DNA of 63,865 nucleotides, counting the filler, from Vicugna vicugna (taxonomy: Eukaryota), in assembly GCA_013265495.1 (NCBI GenBank). It is 83 parts of 78 records of this genome, joined end to end, with 100 filler letters (N's around TTAATTAATTAA, not from the genome) between each part and the next. Parts side by side here need not be neighbours in the genome. Positions count along the whole stretch, not along the records: positions 50,152 to 51,070 come from MU060275.1; positions 51,171 to 51,855 come from MU060276.1; positions 51,956 to 52,763 come from MU060277.1; positions 52,864 to 53,755 come from MU060278.1; positions 53,856 to 54,365 come from MU060279.1; positions 54,466 to 55,031 come from PNXW01013660.1; positions 55,132 to 55,537 come from PNXW01013661.1; positions 55,638 to 56,582 come from MU060280.1; 75 more parts are not named here. One strand, 5' to 3'. Every line of letters starts with the position of its first letter. The stretch's first letter is position 1. Positions 50,152 through 62,216 of the stretch are shown here, piece after piece. Both the position numbers and the translations under genes were made by a program. The notes below the pieces were generated by a model. The model was given only the letters and a program-made list of their open reading frames with translations. It was not told the DNA's origin and did no database searches.

Positions 50152-51070
50152 CTGAGGGTTTTCCAAATGTCTCTGTGCCAGGGTATGCTAGGGGGGATTG
50201 CAGGATAACACAGTGTCAGAGGCTGCCCCCCCAAGGTCAGGGAAGGTATTTCTCGGACTTCCCCGAACAGGGAACACCTGTGACTTAAGAGAGCTGCGTG
50301 GAGTTGTCTCTCGAGCTNNNNNNNNNNNNNNNNNNNNNNNNNNNNNNNNNNNNNNNNNNNNNNNNNNNNNNNNNNNNNNNNNNNNNNNNNNNNNNNNNNN
50401 NNNNNNNNNNNNNNNNNNNNNNNNNNNNNNNNNNNNNNNNNNNNNNNNNNNNNNNNNNNNNNNNNNNNNNNNNNNNNNNNNNNNNNNNNNNNNNNNNNNN
50501 NNNNNNNNNNNNNNNNNNNNNNNNNNNNNNNNNNNNNNNNNNNNNNNNNNNNNNNNNNNNNNNNNNGTTTTCCGAATGTCTCTGTGCCATGGAATGCTAG
50601 GGGGGTTTGCAGGATATTCCTGTGACAGAGGATGCCTCTCCAAGGTCAGGGAAGGTATTTATCGCACTCCCCGAACAGGGAACACTTGTGAATGAAGAGA
50701 GCTGCGTGGAGTTGTCTCTGGAGCTCACCCACGCCCTGACAATGTTTCAGGAATCCTGAGTGTGGGGAGGTTCCATCAGCGGTCGGCAGCGCGTGGGTTC
50801 TAACTGAAATATAAGCTCGTCTCCCCTGAGGGTTTTCCTAATGTCTCTGTGCCAGGGAATGCTAGGGGGGTTTGCAGGATATCCCAGTGACAGAGGCTGC
50901 CTCCCCAAGGTCAGGGAAGGTATTTCTCGGACTTCCCCGAGCATGGAACACCTGTGAATGAAGAGAGCTGCGTGGAGTTGTCTCTGGAGCTCACCCACGC
51001 CCTGACAATGTTTCAGGAATCCTGAGTGTGGGGAGGTTCCATCAGCGGTCGGCAGCGCGTGGGTTCTAAC
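50152..51070 (-). repeat. SatA satellite
   Basis: GCTGCGTGGAG at 50701 and 50967 (266 bp apart). Confidence 0.95.
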
Positions 51071-51170
51071 NNNNNNNNNNNNNNNNNNNNNNNNNNNNNN
51101 NNNNNNNNNNNNNNTTAATTAATTAANNNNNNNNNNNNNNNNNNNNNNNNNNNNNNNNNNNNNNNNNNNN

Positions 51171-51855
51171 GCCGACCGTTGGTGGATCCTCCCCACGATC
51201 AAGATTCCGGAACCAAATGTCAGTTCGTGGCGGAGATCGAGAGACAATTCCACGCAGCTCTCTACAGTCACAGGTGTTCCCTGTTCGGCGAAGTCCGAGA
51301 AAAACCTTCCCTTAACTTGGGGAGGCAGCCTCTGACACTGGGATATCCTGCAATAACCCCTAGCATTCCCTGGCACAGAGATATTAGGAAAACACTCAGG
51401 GGAGACTCGCATAGGCTTTCCGTTAGAACCCACGAAAAAAATTCGGGGAAGGAAATATCTTCCCTGAACTTGGGGAGGCAGCCTCTGACACTGGGATATA
51501 CTGCAATCACCCCTAGTATTCCCTGGCACAGAGACTTTAGGAAAACACTAAGGGGAGGCGAGGCGAGCNNNNNNNNNNNNNNNNNNNNNNNNNNNNNNNN
51601 NNNNNNNNNNNNNNNNNNNNNNNNNNNNNNNNNNNNNNNNNNNNNNNNNNNNNNNNNNNNNNNNNNNNNNNNNNNNNNNNNNNNNNNNNNNNNNNNNNNN
51701 NNNNNNNNNNNNNNNNNNNNNNNNNNTTCCCTGACCGAGTCAGCCTCTGACACTGGGATATCCTACAATCACCCCTAGCATTCCCTGGCACACAGACTTT
51801 AGGGAAACCCTCAGGGGAGATGAGCTTAGGCTTTCCGTTAGAACCCAACCCACGC
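51171..51855 (+). repeat. SatA satellite with one internally deleted 153-bp monomer
   Basis: GGAGGCAGCCTCTGACAC at 51321 and 51474. Confidence 0.92.
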
Positions 51856-52534
51856 NNNNNNNNNNNNNNNNNNNNNNNNNNNNNNNNNNNNNNNNNNNNT
51901 TAATTAATTAANNNNNNNNNNNNNNNNNNNNNNNNNNNNNNNNNNNNNNNNNNNNGTGAGCAACTGAAACAAGAAGTATGGCAATTGCAAATTAGTTTTA
52001 TATTCAATTTAATTTCTTTTGTTCACACATAAAAAACTGCATAGCACAAAATTGATGTGTAAGAAAATAAATACTTGGAGAGTTCTTATTTAAAAGAAGA
52101 TGGTGAAACAGGAAATGCTTCAGGAGGTAATTTATGTATTCCAATATGTAATACAAAATTATGAGATAGGCTTGTAGAGACAGAAATGATGGAAATAAGG
52201 GAGGGAAATGGCAAATGAGACCTGAGTGCTACTGATGAATGACAGGCGTTGATGAAATTTTCACATGTGATAATCTGAGTATCACATCTTCACTACTGCC
52301 GTTTTAGAGCTAGAAGCTGGAAAATGCAATTGATAAAACTCTGCCAAGAAATTAGGTTGATAAAGAAATGTAAAGAATGAGAAATACCTTCAGGGATATG
52401 AGTGGCGAAAGTAGAGGTCGTATTTCTGTATAACGAAAGCACNNNNNNNNNNNNNNNNNNNNNNNNNNNNNNNNNNNNNNNNNNNNNNNNNNNNNNNNNN
52501 NNNNNNNNNNNNNNNNNNNNNNNNNNNNNNNNNG

Positions 52535-52763
52535 TCAAATTGAAATGCTAAACAGAATAGAGAGGACCAGAAAAATCCCCCAAATCCGTAAACATGTTAT
52601 AAAAACTTAGGACATCAAAGTGAAAGGAAAAACCTCAAAAATTCCAGAGAGAAAAAAAAATCACTCAGAAAGGAAGAGGAAATTAATATGACATCAGGCT
52701 TTTCAACAGCAACAATGCATGTTAAGAAAACAATGGATTTTCTTTTGCTATAGAGCTGAAGAA
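52535..52763 (+). mobile_element. Ancient L1 ORF1 fragment
   Basis: AAATTCCAGAGAGAAAAAA..TGACATCAGGCTTTTCAACAGCAACAATG..AAGAAAACAATGG. Confidence 0.6.
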
Positions 52764-52863
52764 NNNNNNNNNNNNNNNNNNNNNNNNNNNNNNNNNNNNN
52801 NNNNNNNTTAATTAATTAANNNNNNNNNNNNNNNNNNNNNNNNNNNNNNNNNNNNNNNNNNNN

Positions 52864-53755
52864 TGTCTCTCGAGTTCCCCAACGCACTGACAATGGTTCC
52901 AGAATCCTCAGCGTGGGGAAGCTCCACCAACGGTCGGCAAAGTGTGGGTTCTAACGGAAAGCCTAAGCTTGACTCCCCTGAGGATTTTCTAAATGTCTCT
53001 TGCCAGGGAATGCTAGCGGTGTTTGCAGGATATACCAGTGAAAGAGGCTGCCTCCCCAAGTTCAGGAAAGGTTTTTCTCGGACTTCCCCGAACAGGGAAC
53101 ACCTGTGACTGAAGAGAGCATTGTGGAGTTGTCTCTCGAGTTCCCGCACGTACTGACAATGGTTCCGCAATCCTGAGCGTGGGGAGGTTCCACCAACGGT
53201 CGGCAGCGCGTGGGTTCTAACGGAAAGCCTAAGCTCGTCTCCCCTGAGGGTTTTCCTAATGTCNNNNNNNNNNNNNNNNNNNNNNNNNNNNNNNNNNNNN
53301 NNNNNNNNNNNNNNNNNNNNNNNNNNNNNNNNNNNNNNNNNNNNNNNNNNNNNNNNNNNNNNNNNNNNNNNNNNNNNNNNNNNNNNNNNNNNNNNNNNNN
53401 NNNNNNNNNNNNNNNNNNNNNNNNNNNNNNNNNNNNNNNNNNNNNNNNNNNNNNNNNNNNNNNNNNNNNNNNNNNNNNNNNNNNNNNNNNNNNNNNNNNN
53501 NNNNNNNNNNNNNNNNNNNNNNNNNNNNNNNNNNNNNNNNNNNNNNNNNNNNNNNTAGGGGTTTTGCAGGATATCCCAGTGACAGAGGCTGCCTCCCCAA
53601 GGTCAGGGAATTTATTTCTCGTACTTCCCCGAACAGGGAACACCTGTGACTGAAGAGAGCTGCGTGGAGTTTTCTCCCGAGCTCCCCCACGCACTGACAA
53701 TTGTTCCGGTATCCTGAGCTTTTGGAGGTTCCACCACCGGTCGGCAGCGCGTGGG
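52864..53755 (-). repeat. SatA satellite
   Basis: Tandem SatA motifs. Confidence 0.94.
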
Positions 53756-53855
53756 NNNNNNNNNNNNNNNNNNNNNNNNNNNNNNNNNNNNNNNNNNNNT
53801 TAATTAATTAANNNNNNNNNNNNNNNNNNNNNNNNNNNNNNNNNNNNNNNNNNNN

Positions 53856-54365
53856 CCCCACGCTCAGGCTTCCGGAAAATTTGTCAGTGCGTGGGGGAGC
53901 ACGAGAGACATCTCCAATAGCTCTCTTCAGTCACAGGTGTTCCCTGTTCGGGGAAGTCCGAGAAATACCTTTCCAGAATTAGTGGAGGCAGCCTCTGTCA
54001 CTGGGATATCCTGCAAACCCCCCTAGCATTCCCCGGCACAGAGAAATTAGGAAAACACTCAGGGGAGACGAGCTTAGGCATTCCGTTAGAACCATAGCGC
54101 TGCCGACCGTTGGTGGAACCTCCCCACGCTCAGGATTCCGGAACCANNNNNNNNNNNNNNNNNNNNNNNNNNNNNNNNNNNNNNNNNNNNNNNNNNNNNN
54201 NNNNNNNNNNNNNNNNNNNNNNNNNNNNNNNNNNNNNNNNNNNNNNNNNNNNNNNNNNNNNNNNNTGCAAACCCCCCTAGCATTCCCTTGCACAGAGATA
54301 TTAGGAAAATCTTCAGGGGATGCGAGCATAGGTTTTCCGTTAGAACCCACGCGTTGCCGACCGTT
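53856..54365 (+). repeat. SatA satellite
   Basis: Tandem SatA motifs. Confidence 0.94.
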
Positions 54366-54875
54366 NNNNNNNNNNNNNNNNNNNNNNNNNNNNNNNNNNN
54401 NNNNNNNNNTTAATTAATTAANNNNNNNNNNNNNNNNNNNNNNNNNNNNNNNNNNNNNNNNNNNNGGATTTCACTCTAATGTGCACTTCCTGAAGAAGTC
54501 TGATGGCTATAGTAGAATTTCCTCACATTTTAATATCTTGAATCTCTGCCCTCTCCTATCATTTCTTGTTTTGTATTGGTGACTTTGCTAATATCTCTTC
54601 CACAAGAGAGTCTTCTTCCAATGCTTTCTGTTGTATTCTTCATATCACTTATTAAGTTCATCTGGTCCTCTAATAATGTTTGGTTGTTTCATAGTTTCGG
54701 TCCCTTAGGTAATGTATACCTTATCAACATTTATTTTATTCCTGAGCTCACTAAACTGCTTTCTGAGTTTTGTTTTTTATATTCAGTTTTTGTATGGCAT
54801 CTCTTCGGATTCTCTATTAGTTATACGGCAATATTCCATGACTTTAAATTTGTTTGCTGCAGTGTTGATGTTTGA

Positions 54876-54972
54876 GTGTGTGTGTGTATGTGTGTGTGAA
54901 TGTGCATTTGCCTGTGCATGTGTGTCTTTGTCTGTGTCAGTGACTGTGTGTGTGTATCTGTGTGTGTGTGTG
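54876..54972. repeat. Imperfect (TG)n microsatellite following decayed L1-like sequence
   Basis: TG runs visible. Confidence 0.8.
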
Positions 54973-55131
54973 CCCTATAATGTTATTGTGATTGATCATG
55001 GACCTGGTAAATTATTGCTCTGATGACACTANNNNNNNNNNNNNNNNNNNNNNNNNNNNNNNNNNNNNNNNNNNNTTAATTAATTAANNNNNNNNNNNNN
55101 NNNNNNNNNNNNNNNNNNNNNNNNNNNNNNN

Positions 55132-55537
55132 ACACAGAATATAGAATAAAGAATACGGAATTAAAAAATATAGAATGTCGAATTTAGAAAATAGAATGTA
55201 GAACACAAAATATAGAATCAAGAATAACGAATGCAGTATATAGGATGTAGAATATAGAATGAAGAATACAAAATATAGAATATATAAAGAGAATATGCAA
55301 CACACAATTTAGAACATGGAATGCGGAACATAGAATTTTGAATATAGAATACAGAATACTAAATATATAATAAATTAGAATATAGAATACAGTATATGGA
55401 ATATATAATATACAATACAGAATATTGAATAAAGAACACAGAATATAGAATACGGTAAACTGAATACAGAACCCAGAATTTAGAACATCGAATAGAATAT
55501 AGAGTGAAGAACACAGAATATAGAGTAAAGAATAGAG
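55132..55537 (+). repeat. SatE heptamer satellite
   Basis: AGAATAT register. Confidence 0.9.
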
Positions 55538-56729
55538 NNNNNNNNNNNNNNNNNNNNNNNNNNNNNNNNNNNNNNNNNNNNTTAATTAATTAANNNNNNN
55601 NNNNNNNNNNNNNNNNNNNNNNNNNNNNNNNNNNNNNATATTTCGGGGACCACCCCAGGTAACCCAGGCAACAAGTGGCACATGCCTGCAGAGAGGCCAT
55701 GGGCAGAGGGAGAGAGACATGGGCGGCAGAATTGGTGACTGCTGCAGAGGGGACTGCAGGGCCGGGGCGGCTGGCCACAGAGCTGCTGAGGTGANNNNNN
55801 NNNNNNNNNNNNNNNNNNNNNNNNNNNNNNNNNNNNNNNNNNNNNNNNNNNNNNNNNNNNNNNNNNNNNNNNNNNNNNNNNNNNNNNNNNNNNNNNNNNN
55901 NNNNNNNNNNNNNNNNNNNNNNNNNNNNNNNNNNNNNNNNNNNNNNNNNNNNNNNNNNNNNNNNNNNNNNNNNNNNNNNNNNNNNNNNNNNNNNNNNNNN
56001 NNNNNNNNNNNNNNNNNNNNNNNNNNNNNNNNNNNNNNNNNNNNNNNNNNNNNNNNNNNNNNNNNNNNNNNNNNNNNNNNNNNNNNNNNNNNNNNNNNNN
56101 NNNNNNNNNNNNNNNNNNNNNNNNNNNNNNNNNNNNNNNNNNNNNNNNNNNNNNNNNNNNNNNNNNNNNNNNNNNNNNNNNNNNNNNNNNNNNNNNNNNN
56201 NNNNNNNNNNNNNNNNNNNNNNNNNNNNNNNNNNNNNNNNNNNNNNNNNNNNNNNNNNNNNNNNNNNNNNNNNNNNNNNNNNNNNNNNNNNNNNNNNNNN
56301 NNNNNNNNNNNNNTGTGTGTGTGCATATGTGCACACACTGTTTTCTGCCTGGGCTTTTAAAATTTATTTAAGTAAAACCAATATTAAGGGGGAAAATCAT
56401 TCCATTGAGAGGAAAATATTTGTCCACAGGAAAAGCTACCTGGTAATCAAATAAACAGGAGCTGAAAATGCCGACTGGTTTGAAACACACAACCACCATC
56501 AGTGTAACTCCTGTCTCAGTGCCGCGGTGAGGGCCGTGGGGCTGCAGGGCTCTGAGCCCTGGAGGAGTCATCAGCGCAGGCANNNNNNNNNNNNNNNNNN
56601 NNNNNNNNNNNNNNNNNNNNNNNNNNTTAATTAATTAANNNNNNNNNNNNNNNNNNNNNNNNNNNNNNNNNNNNNNNNNNNNTTTACATATATATAATTA
56701 TATACATTATATTTTTAAACACGTTTCTC

Positions 56730-58025
56730 ACACAAATACAACAAGCAGAAGGCAGTGGCAAGACATATTCAAAGTCCAGAATGAAAGAAATATGTTATCT
56801 AAGATAATATATCAAGCAAGGCTACCCATTAGAATAGAAGGAGAGATAAATGATCTCCACACAAGCAAATACTAAAAGTATTTAGCAACAGAAAAAGAAA
56901 TAATGAAGCATCAACCCTAAAAATAAAGAAGCAGGATGCTATAGAAAAGAGAAAAGCATAATTAGAAAGGCAATAGCTAAAATGACTTAAAACATTATAA
57001 ACATGATGTTGTAAAACAGACAAAATATTTAAGTGTCAGAGCATGAAACAGGACAAAACAGAGTATTTTATTCTTGTTTCTATTCTCTGTATTATGAGTT
57101 TGACTTTGTATTCATTTCAGTTAAAATAAACATATATAGTAATGGTTCAATATAAATACAAAACTGGGTAACCATATATCAAAATCTAACAATGAGGTCA
57201 CAAAACCAGAAAAAAACCAAAATAATAAAAGCAAATTTATAAAGCCACAAATAGATAAAGAAATGAACATAAAGGAAATACCAAATTAATTGGAAAATGA
57301 AGTTCAAAATGGAAATAAACACCAGTTTATCAATAATTGGTTCAAATGTTAATGGAATTAGTGCTTCAATCAAAAGATTTATATTGTCAGATGGGATANN
57401 NNNNNNNNNNNNNNNNNNNNNNNNNNNNNNNNNNNNNNNNNNNNNNNNNNNNNNNNNNNNNNNNNNNNNNNNNNNNNNNNNNNNNNNNNNNNNNNNNNNN
57501 NNNNNNNNNNNNNNNNNNNNNNNNNNNNNNNNNNNNNNNNNNNNNNNNNNNNNNNNNNNNNNNNNNNNNNNNNNNNNNNNNNNNNNNNNNNNNNNNNNNN
57601 NNNNNNNNNNNNNNNNNNNNNNNNNNNNNNNNNNNNNNNNNNNNNNNNNNNNNNNNNNNNNNNNNNNNNNNNNNNNNNNNNNNNNNNNNNNNNNNNNNNN
57701 NNNNNNNNNNNNNNNNNNNNNNNNNNNNNNNNNNNNNNNNNNNNNNNNNNNNNNNNNNNNNNNNNNNNNNNNNNNNNNNNNNNNNNNNNNNNNNNNNNNN
57801 NNNNNNNNNNNNNNNNNNNNNNNNNNNNNNNNNNNNNNNNNNNNNNNNNNNNNNNNTGATATTTCCACTACTTCTCTCCAAAACAGAATATACATTCTTT
57901 TCCAGTGCACATGGAACATTTTCTAGGAAAGTTTTTGTACTGAGGCATAGAAGAAGCCTCAACAAATTTAAGAAGGTAAGAATTATTTCAAGCATCTTTT
58001 CTGAGTATAATACCATGAAACTAGA
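56730..58025 (+). mobile_element. LINE-1 ORF1 end, spacer and ORF2 endonuclease start, decayed
   Basis: MEINTSLSIIGSNVNGISASIKR and TEYTFFSSAHGTFSR..SLNKFKKVRIISSIFSEYNTMKL are L1 EN-domain sequences. Confidence 0.92.
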
Positions 58026-58125
58026 NNNNNNNNNNNNNNNNNNNNNNNNNNNNNNNNNNNNNNNNNNNNTTAATTAATTAANNNNNNNNNNNNNNNNNNN
58101 NNNNNNNNNNNNNNNNNNNNNNNNN

Positions 58126-59034
58126 ACCGAAGCTGCCTCCCCAAGGTCAGGGAAATTATTTCTCAGACTTTCCCGAACAGGGAACACCTGTGACTCAAGA
58201 GAGTTTCGTGGAGATGTCTCTCGAGCTCCCCCACGCACTGACAATGGTTCCGGAATCCTGAGCGTGGGGAGGATCCACCAACGGTCGGCAGCGCGTTGGT
58301 TCTAACGGAAAGCCTAAGCTCGTCTCCCNNNNNNNNNNNNNNNNNNNNNNNNNNNNNNNNNNNNNNNNNNNNNNNNNNNNNNNNNNNNNNNNNNNNNNNN
58401 NNNNNNNNNNNNNNNNNNNNNNNNNNNNNNNNNNNNNNNNNNNNNNNNNNNNNNNNNNNNNNNNNNNNNNNNNNNNNNNNNNNNNNNNNNNNNNNNNNNN
58501 NNNNNNNNNNNNNNNNNNNNNNNNNNNNNNNNNNNNNNNNNNNNNNNNNNNNNNNNNNNNNNNNNNNNNNNNNNNNNNNNNNNNNNNNNNNNNNNNNNNN
58601 NNNNNNNNNNNNNNNNNNNNNNNNNNNNNNNNNNNNNNNNNNNNNNNNNNNNNNNNNNNNNNNNNNNNNNNNNNNNNNNNNNNNNNNNNNNNNNNNNNNN
58701 NNNNNNNNNNNNNNNNNNNNNNNNNNNNNNNNNNNNNNNNNNNNNNNNNNNNNNNNNNNNNNNNNNNNNNNNNNNNNNNNNNNNNNNNNNNNNNNNNNNN
58801 NNNNNNNNNNNNNNNNNNNNNNNNNNNNNNNNNNNNNNNNNNNNNNCAGGGAATGCTAGGGGTGAGTGCAGGATATCCCAGTGTTCGAGGCTGCCTCCCT
58901 AAGTTCAGTGAAGTTATTTCTCGGACTTCCCCGAACAGGGAACTCCTGTGACTGAATAGACCTTCGTGGAGTTGTCTCTCGTGTTCCCACACGCACTGAC
59001 AATTGTTCCGGAATCCTGAGCTTAGGGAGGTTCC
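58126..59034 (-). repeat. SatA satellite
   Basis: SatA motifs on both sides of the gap. Confidence 0.93.
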
Positions 59035-59134
59035 NNNNNNNNNNNNNNNNNNNNNNNNNNNNNNNNNNNNNNNNNNNNTTAATTAATTAANNNNNNNNNN
59101 NNNNNNNNNNNNNNNNNNNNNNNNNNNNNNNNNN

Positions 59135-59886
59135 GAAAGCCAAGAAAGAACCATCTATGCGAATTCAGGAATTACACAGAGTCCAAAGGAGGTGGAATAC
59201 CAATAGACCTACCAGCAGCTGTTTGATTCAAATCAACAAAGTTCATGAGCATCCCAGTGACTTAAAATGCACCTGGAGGAAAGCAACATAGTCACAAGAG
59301 AACCTCCAGAGGGGTTTCAGCTGATATCTGGGCAGCAATTGTGCAGGACAGGTAGGAGTGCCAGGACTTAGACCATGTACTTAATGGCCAAATGCTGCCA
59401 TCTAGGGAAGCCTATGTCACATGACCGCTGTTTCTAATAATGGCAGAGCTAGAGAATTCCACAGACCGGCAAATCTTAAAAGAATTCATCAGTTCGAGAA
59501 AAAAAAAAAAGAATTCAGCAGTTTGATTCTTATCCTAAAAGGCAGGATGAGAATTCTCTCCTGAATAGAAAAGCCGCAAGATGAAATGGAAAGAAGAAAA
59601 CCATTATTGGAAATGCAAGAGGAGAATGAGTGGCAAAGAAGAAACAAGAACAAGGCAAGGAGGACATCAAAACCCTAAAGATGGGAGAGGGAAGCAGGAA
59701 ATCTTAGGTGATTGGAAGCACTATCTAAAGTGAATCCGCTTATATGACTCTCTGTTTGAAGCAAACGGAGAGATGCATGGCCTGACGTGTTTGCCAAACA
59801 AACGAGAAGCAGACCAACAAAGAATCCAACAAAAAAACTATCACCAAAAGGGTACGGTTGGCTGAAATATACCAAGGGAACCATGA
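59135..59886 (+). mobile_element. Amplified decayed-L1 (ORF1 and spacer) family member
   Basis: Overlaps 5616-5850(+) and 20914-21397(-) at high similarity. Confidence 0.82.
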
Positions 59887-59986
59887 NNNNNNNNNNNNNN
59901 NNNNNNNNNNNNNNNNNNNNNNNNNNNNNNTTAATTAATTAANNNNNNNNNNNNNNNNNNNNNNNNNNNNNNNNNNNNNNNNNNNN

Positions 59987-60712
59987 TCCATACATATATA
60001 TGGAGTGGTACAAGCTCCAACTCGGTTTTACTGTTCAAACCGCAGGAACTTTTAGCCTGCACCGGGAAACAGACTGAGAAACCAGAGTAAGGGTTTCTCC
60101 TGCATCCCGTTCCGTTTGTGCTGCATGAACGAACGTCTCTTCACATGTTAAGGTCTGAGAGATATGTGTGTGTGAAATCCGTCCTTCACCCAGCTTGAAG
60201 GGAACCCAAAATTTCTTTTCAGTTGCCAACCCCACACCATACATATATATGGGGAAAAATAAACCTTCACCCAGCTTGAAGGGAACCCAAAATTTCTTTT
60301 CAGTTGCCAACCCCACACCATACATATATATGGGGAAAAATAAACACCAACTAGGGTTTACAGTGAAAAAGGCAGGCACTTCAAACCGGCAGTAGGAAAC
60401 ATACTTAGAAAACTTAGATAATGTTTCTCCAGCGACACGTTCCCATTGTGCTGGATGGACGAAAGTCTCTCCACATACTCAGTTCGGAGAGATAAGTGTG
60501 TGTGAAAGCCATCCATCAACTAGATTTATGGGAACACAAAGTTTCTTTTCGTTGCAAACCCCTCTCCATAAATATGTATGGGGAGGAAGAAGCTCCAGCT
60601 CAGTTTTACAGTGAAAAAACAGGCACTTCAAACCGGCAGTAGGAAACATACTTAGAAAACTTAGATAATGTTTCTCCAGCGACACGTTCCCATTGTGCTG
60701 GATGGACGAAAG
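59987..60712 (-). repeat. SatC satellite with an internal exact 81-bp tandem duplication
   Basis: AGGCACTTCAAACC at 60374 and 60621 (247 bp apart). CCTTCACCCAGCTTG at 60183 and 60264. Confidence 0.92.
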
Positions 60713-60812
60713 NNNNNNNNNNNNNNNNNNNNNNNNNNNNNNNNNNNNNNNNNNNNTTAATTAATTAANNNNNNNNNNNNNNNNNNNNNNNNNNNNNNNN
60801 NNNNNNNNNNNN

Positions 60813-62216
60813 CAACTCCAGCACACACACGAAGAACTCTTCGGCTATCCTAAGTGTAGGGAGGCTCTTCAAACTGACGGCAGCACATGGGATCTAATAT
60901 AATCTCTTGGATTGACATCCCTGATTGATTCCTTTGGCCGTGATGTGAGTTAAGGTGTGATTGGGCACTAAACCAAAGTAATAGCGAGTGCCTCTCTATG
61001 AGCAGTGGAAGTGTTTACCTACATCCCCAACCTGGGAACACCTGTGATCCAACAAATAAACGTGGACTTTGTTTCCCCACCTCCAGGACACACATGAAGA
61101 ACTTTNNNNNNNNNNNNNNNNNNNNNNNNNNNNNNNNNNNNNNNNNNNNNNNNNNNNNNNNNNNNNNNNNNNNNNNNNNNNNNNNNNNNNNNNNNNNNNN
61201 NNNNNNNNNNNNNNNNNNNNNNNNNNNNNNNNNNNNNNNNNNNNNNNNNNNNNNNNNNNNNNNNNNNNNNNNNNNNNNNNNNNNNNNNNNNNNNNNNNNN
61301 NNNNNNNNNNNNNNNNNNNNNNNNNNNNNNNNNNNNNNNNNNNNNNNNNNNNNNNNNNNNNNNNNNNNNNNNNNNNNNNNNNNNNNNNNNNNNNNNNNNN
61401 NNNNNNNNNNNNNNNNNNNNNNNNNNNNNNNNNNNNNNNNNNNNNNNNNNNNNNNNNNNNNNNNNNNNNNNNNNNNNNNNNNNNNNNNNNNNNNNNNNNN
61501 NNNNNNNNNNNNNNNNNNNNNNNNNNNNNNNNNNNNNNNNNNNNNNNNNNNNNNNNNNNNNNNNNNNNNNNNNNNNNNNNNNNNNNNNNNNNNNNNNNNN
61601 NNNNNNNNNNNNNNNNNNNNNNNNNNNNNNNNNNNNNNNNNNNNNNNNNNNNNNNNNNNNNNNNNNNNNNNNNNNNNATAGAATCCCTTACTTGACTTCC
61701 CTAAGTGTTTTCCTAGGCCTAGCAGTAAGCGATGGTGGGGGATGGGCTCTAAAGCCAAGTATTAGCGAGTGCATCTCTTTGGGCCGTGGAGGGTTTTAAA
61801 ATACTTCCCCAACCTTGGAAAACCTGTGCCCCATAAAGATGCGTGGAATCTGTTTCCCCACCTCCAGCACACACACGGAGACGTGCTCAGGTATCCTGAT
61901 TGTGGGGAGGCTCCTCCAAATAACAGCAGCACCTGGGTTCTAATAGAAACCCTTAGCTTGTCTTCCCTGATGGCATGCCTAGCCTGGAGAGTGGGGGAAA
62001 GTGCGGGTTGGGTTTGAAGTCCAAGTAGCAACGAGTGCCCCCCGATTTTCTGAAGAAGTACTTAGAGGATTTCACGCTAATGTGGAACACCTGTGCCCCC
62101 ATTCATCTGTGTGGACTGGGTACACACACCTCCCCCAAACACAAGTCTAGGTTCCGGAATCCTGAGTGAGAGGAAGATCCTCCAACTGACAGCAGCGCCT
62201 GCGTTCTAATAGAATA
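60813..62216 (-). repeat. SatB satellite
   Basis: GGTTCCGGAATCCTGAGTG..CCAACTGACAGCAGCGCCTGCGTTCTAATAGAAT is homologous to the SatA core. Adjacent monomers are divergent. Confidence 0.87.

Noticed and set aside
856..61758. Long ORFs of 150-300 aa made mostly of X
   Set aside because: Read-through of N gaps; no coding information.
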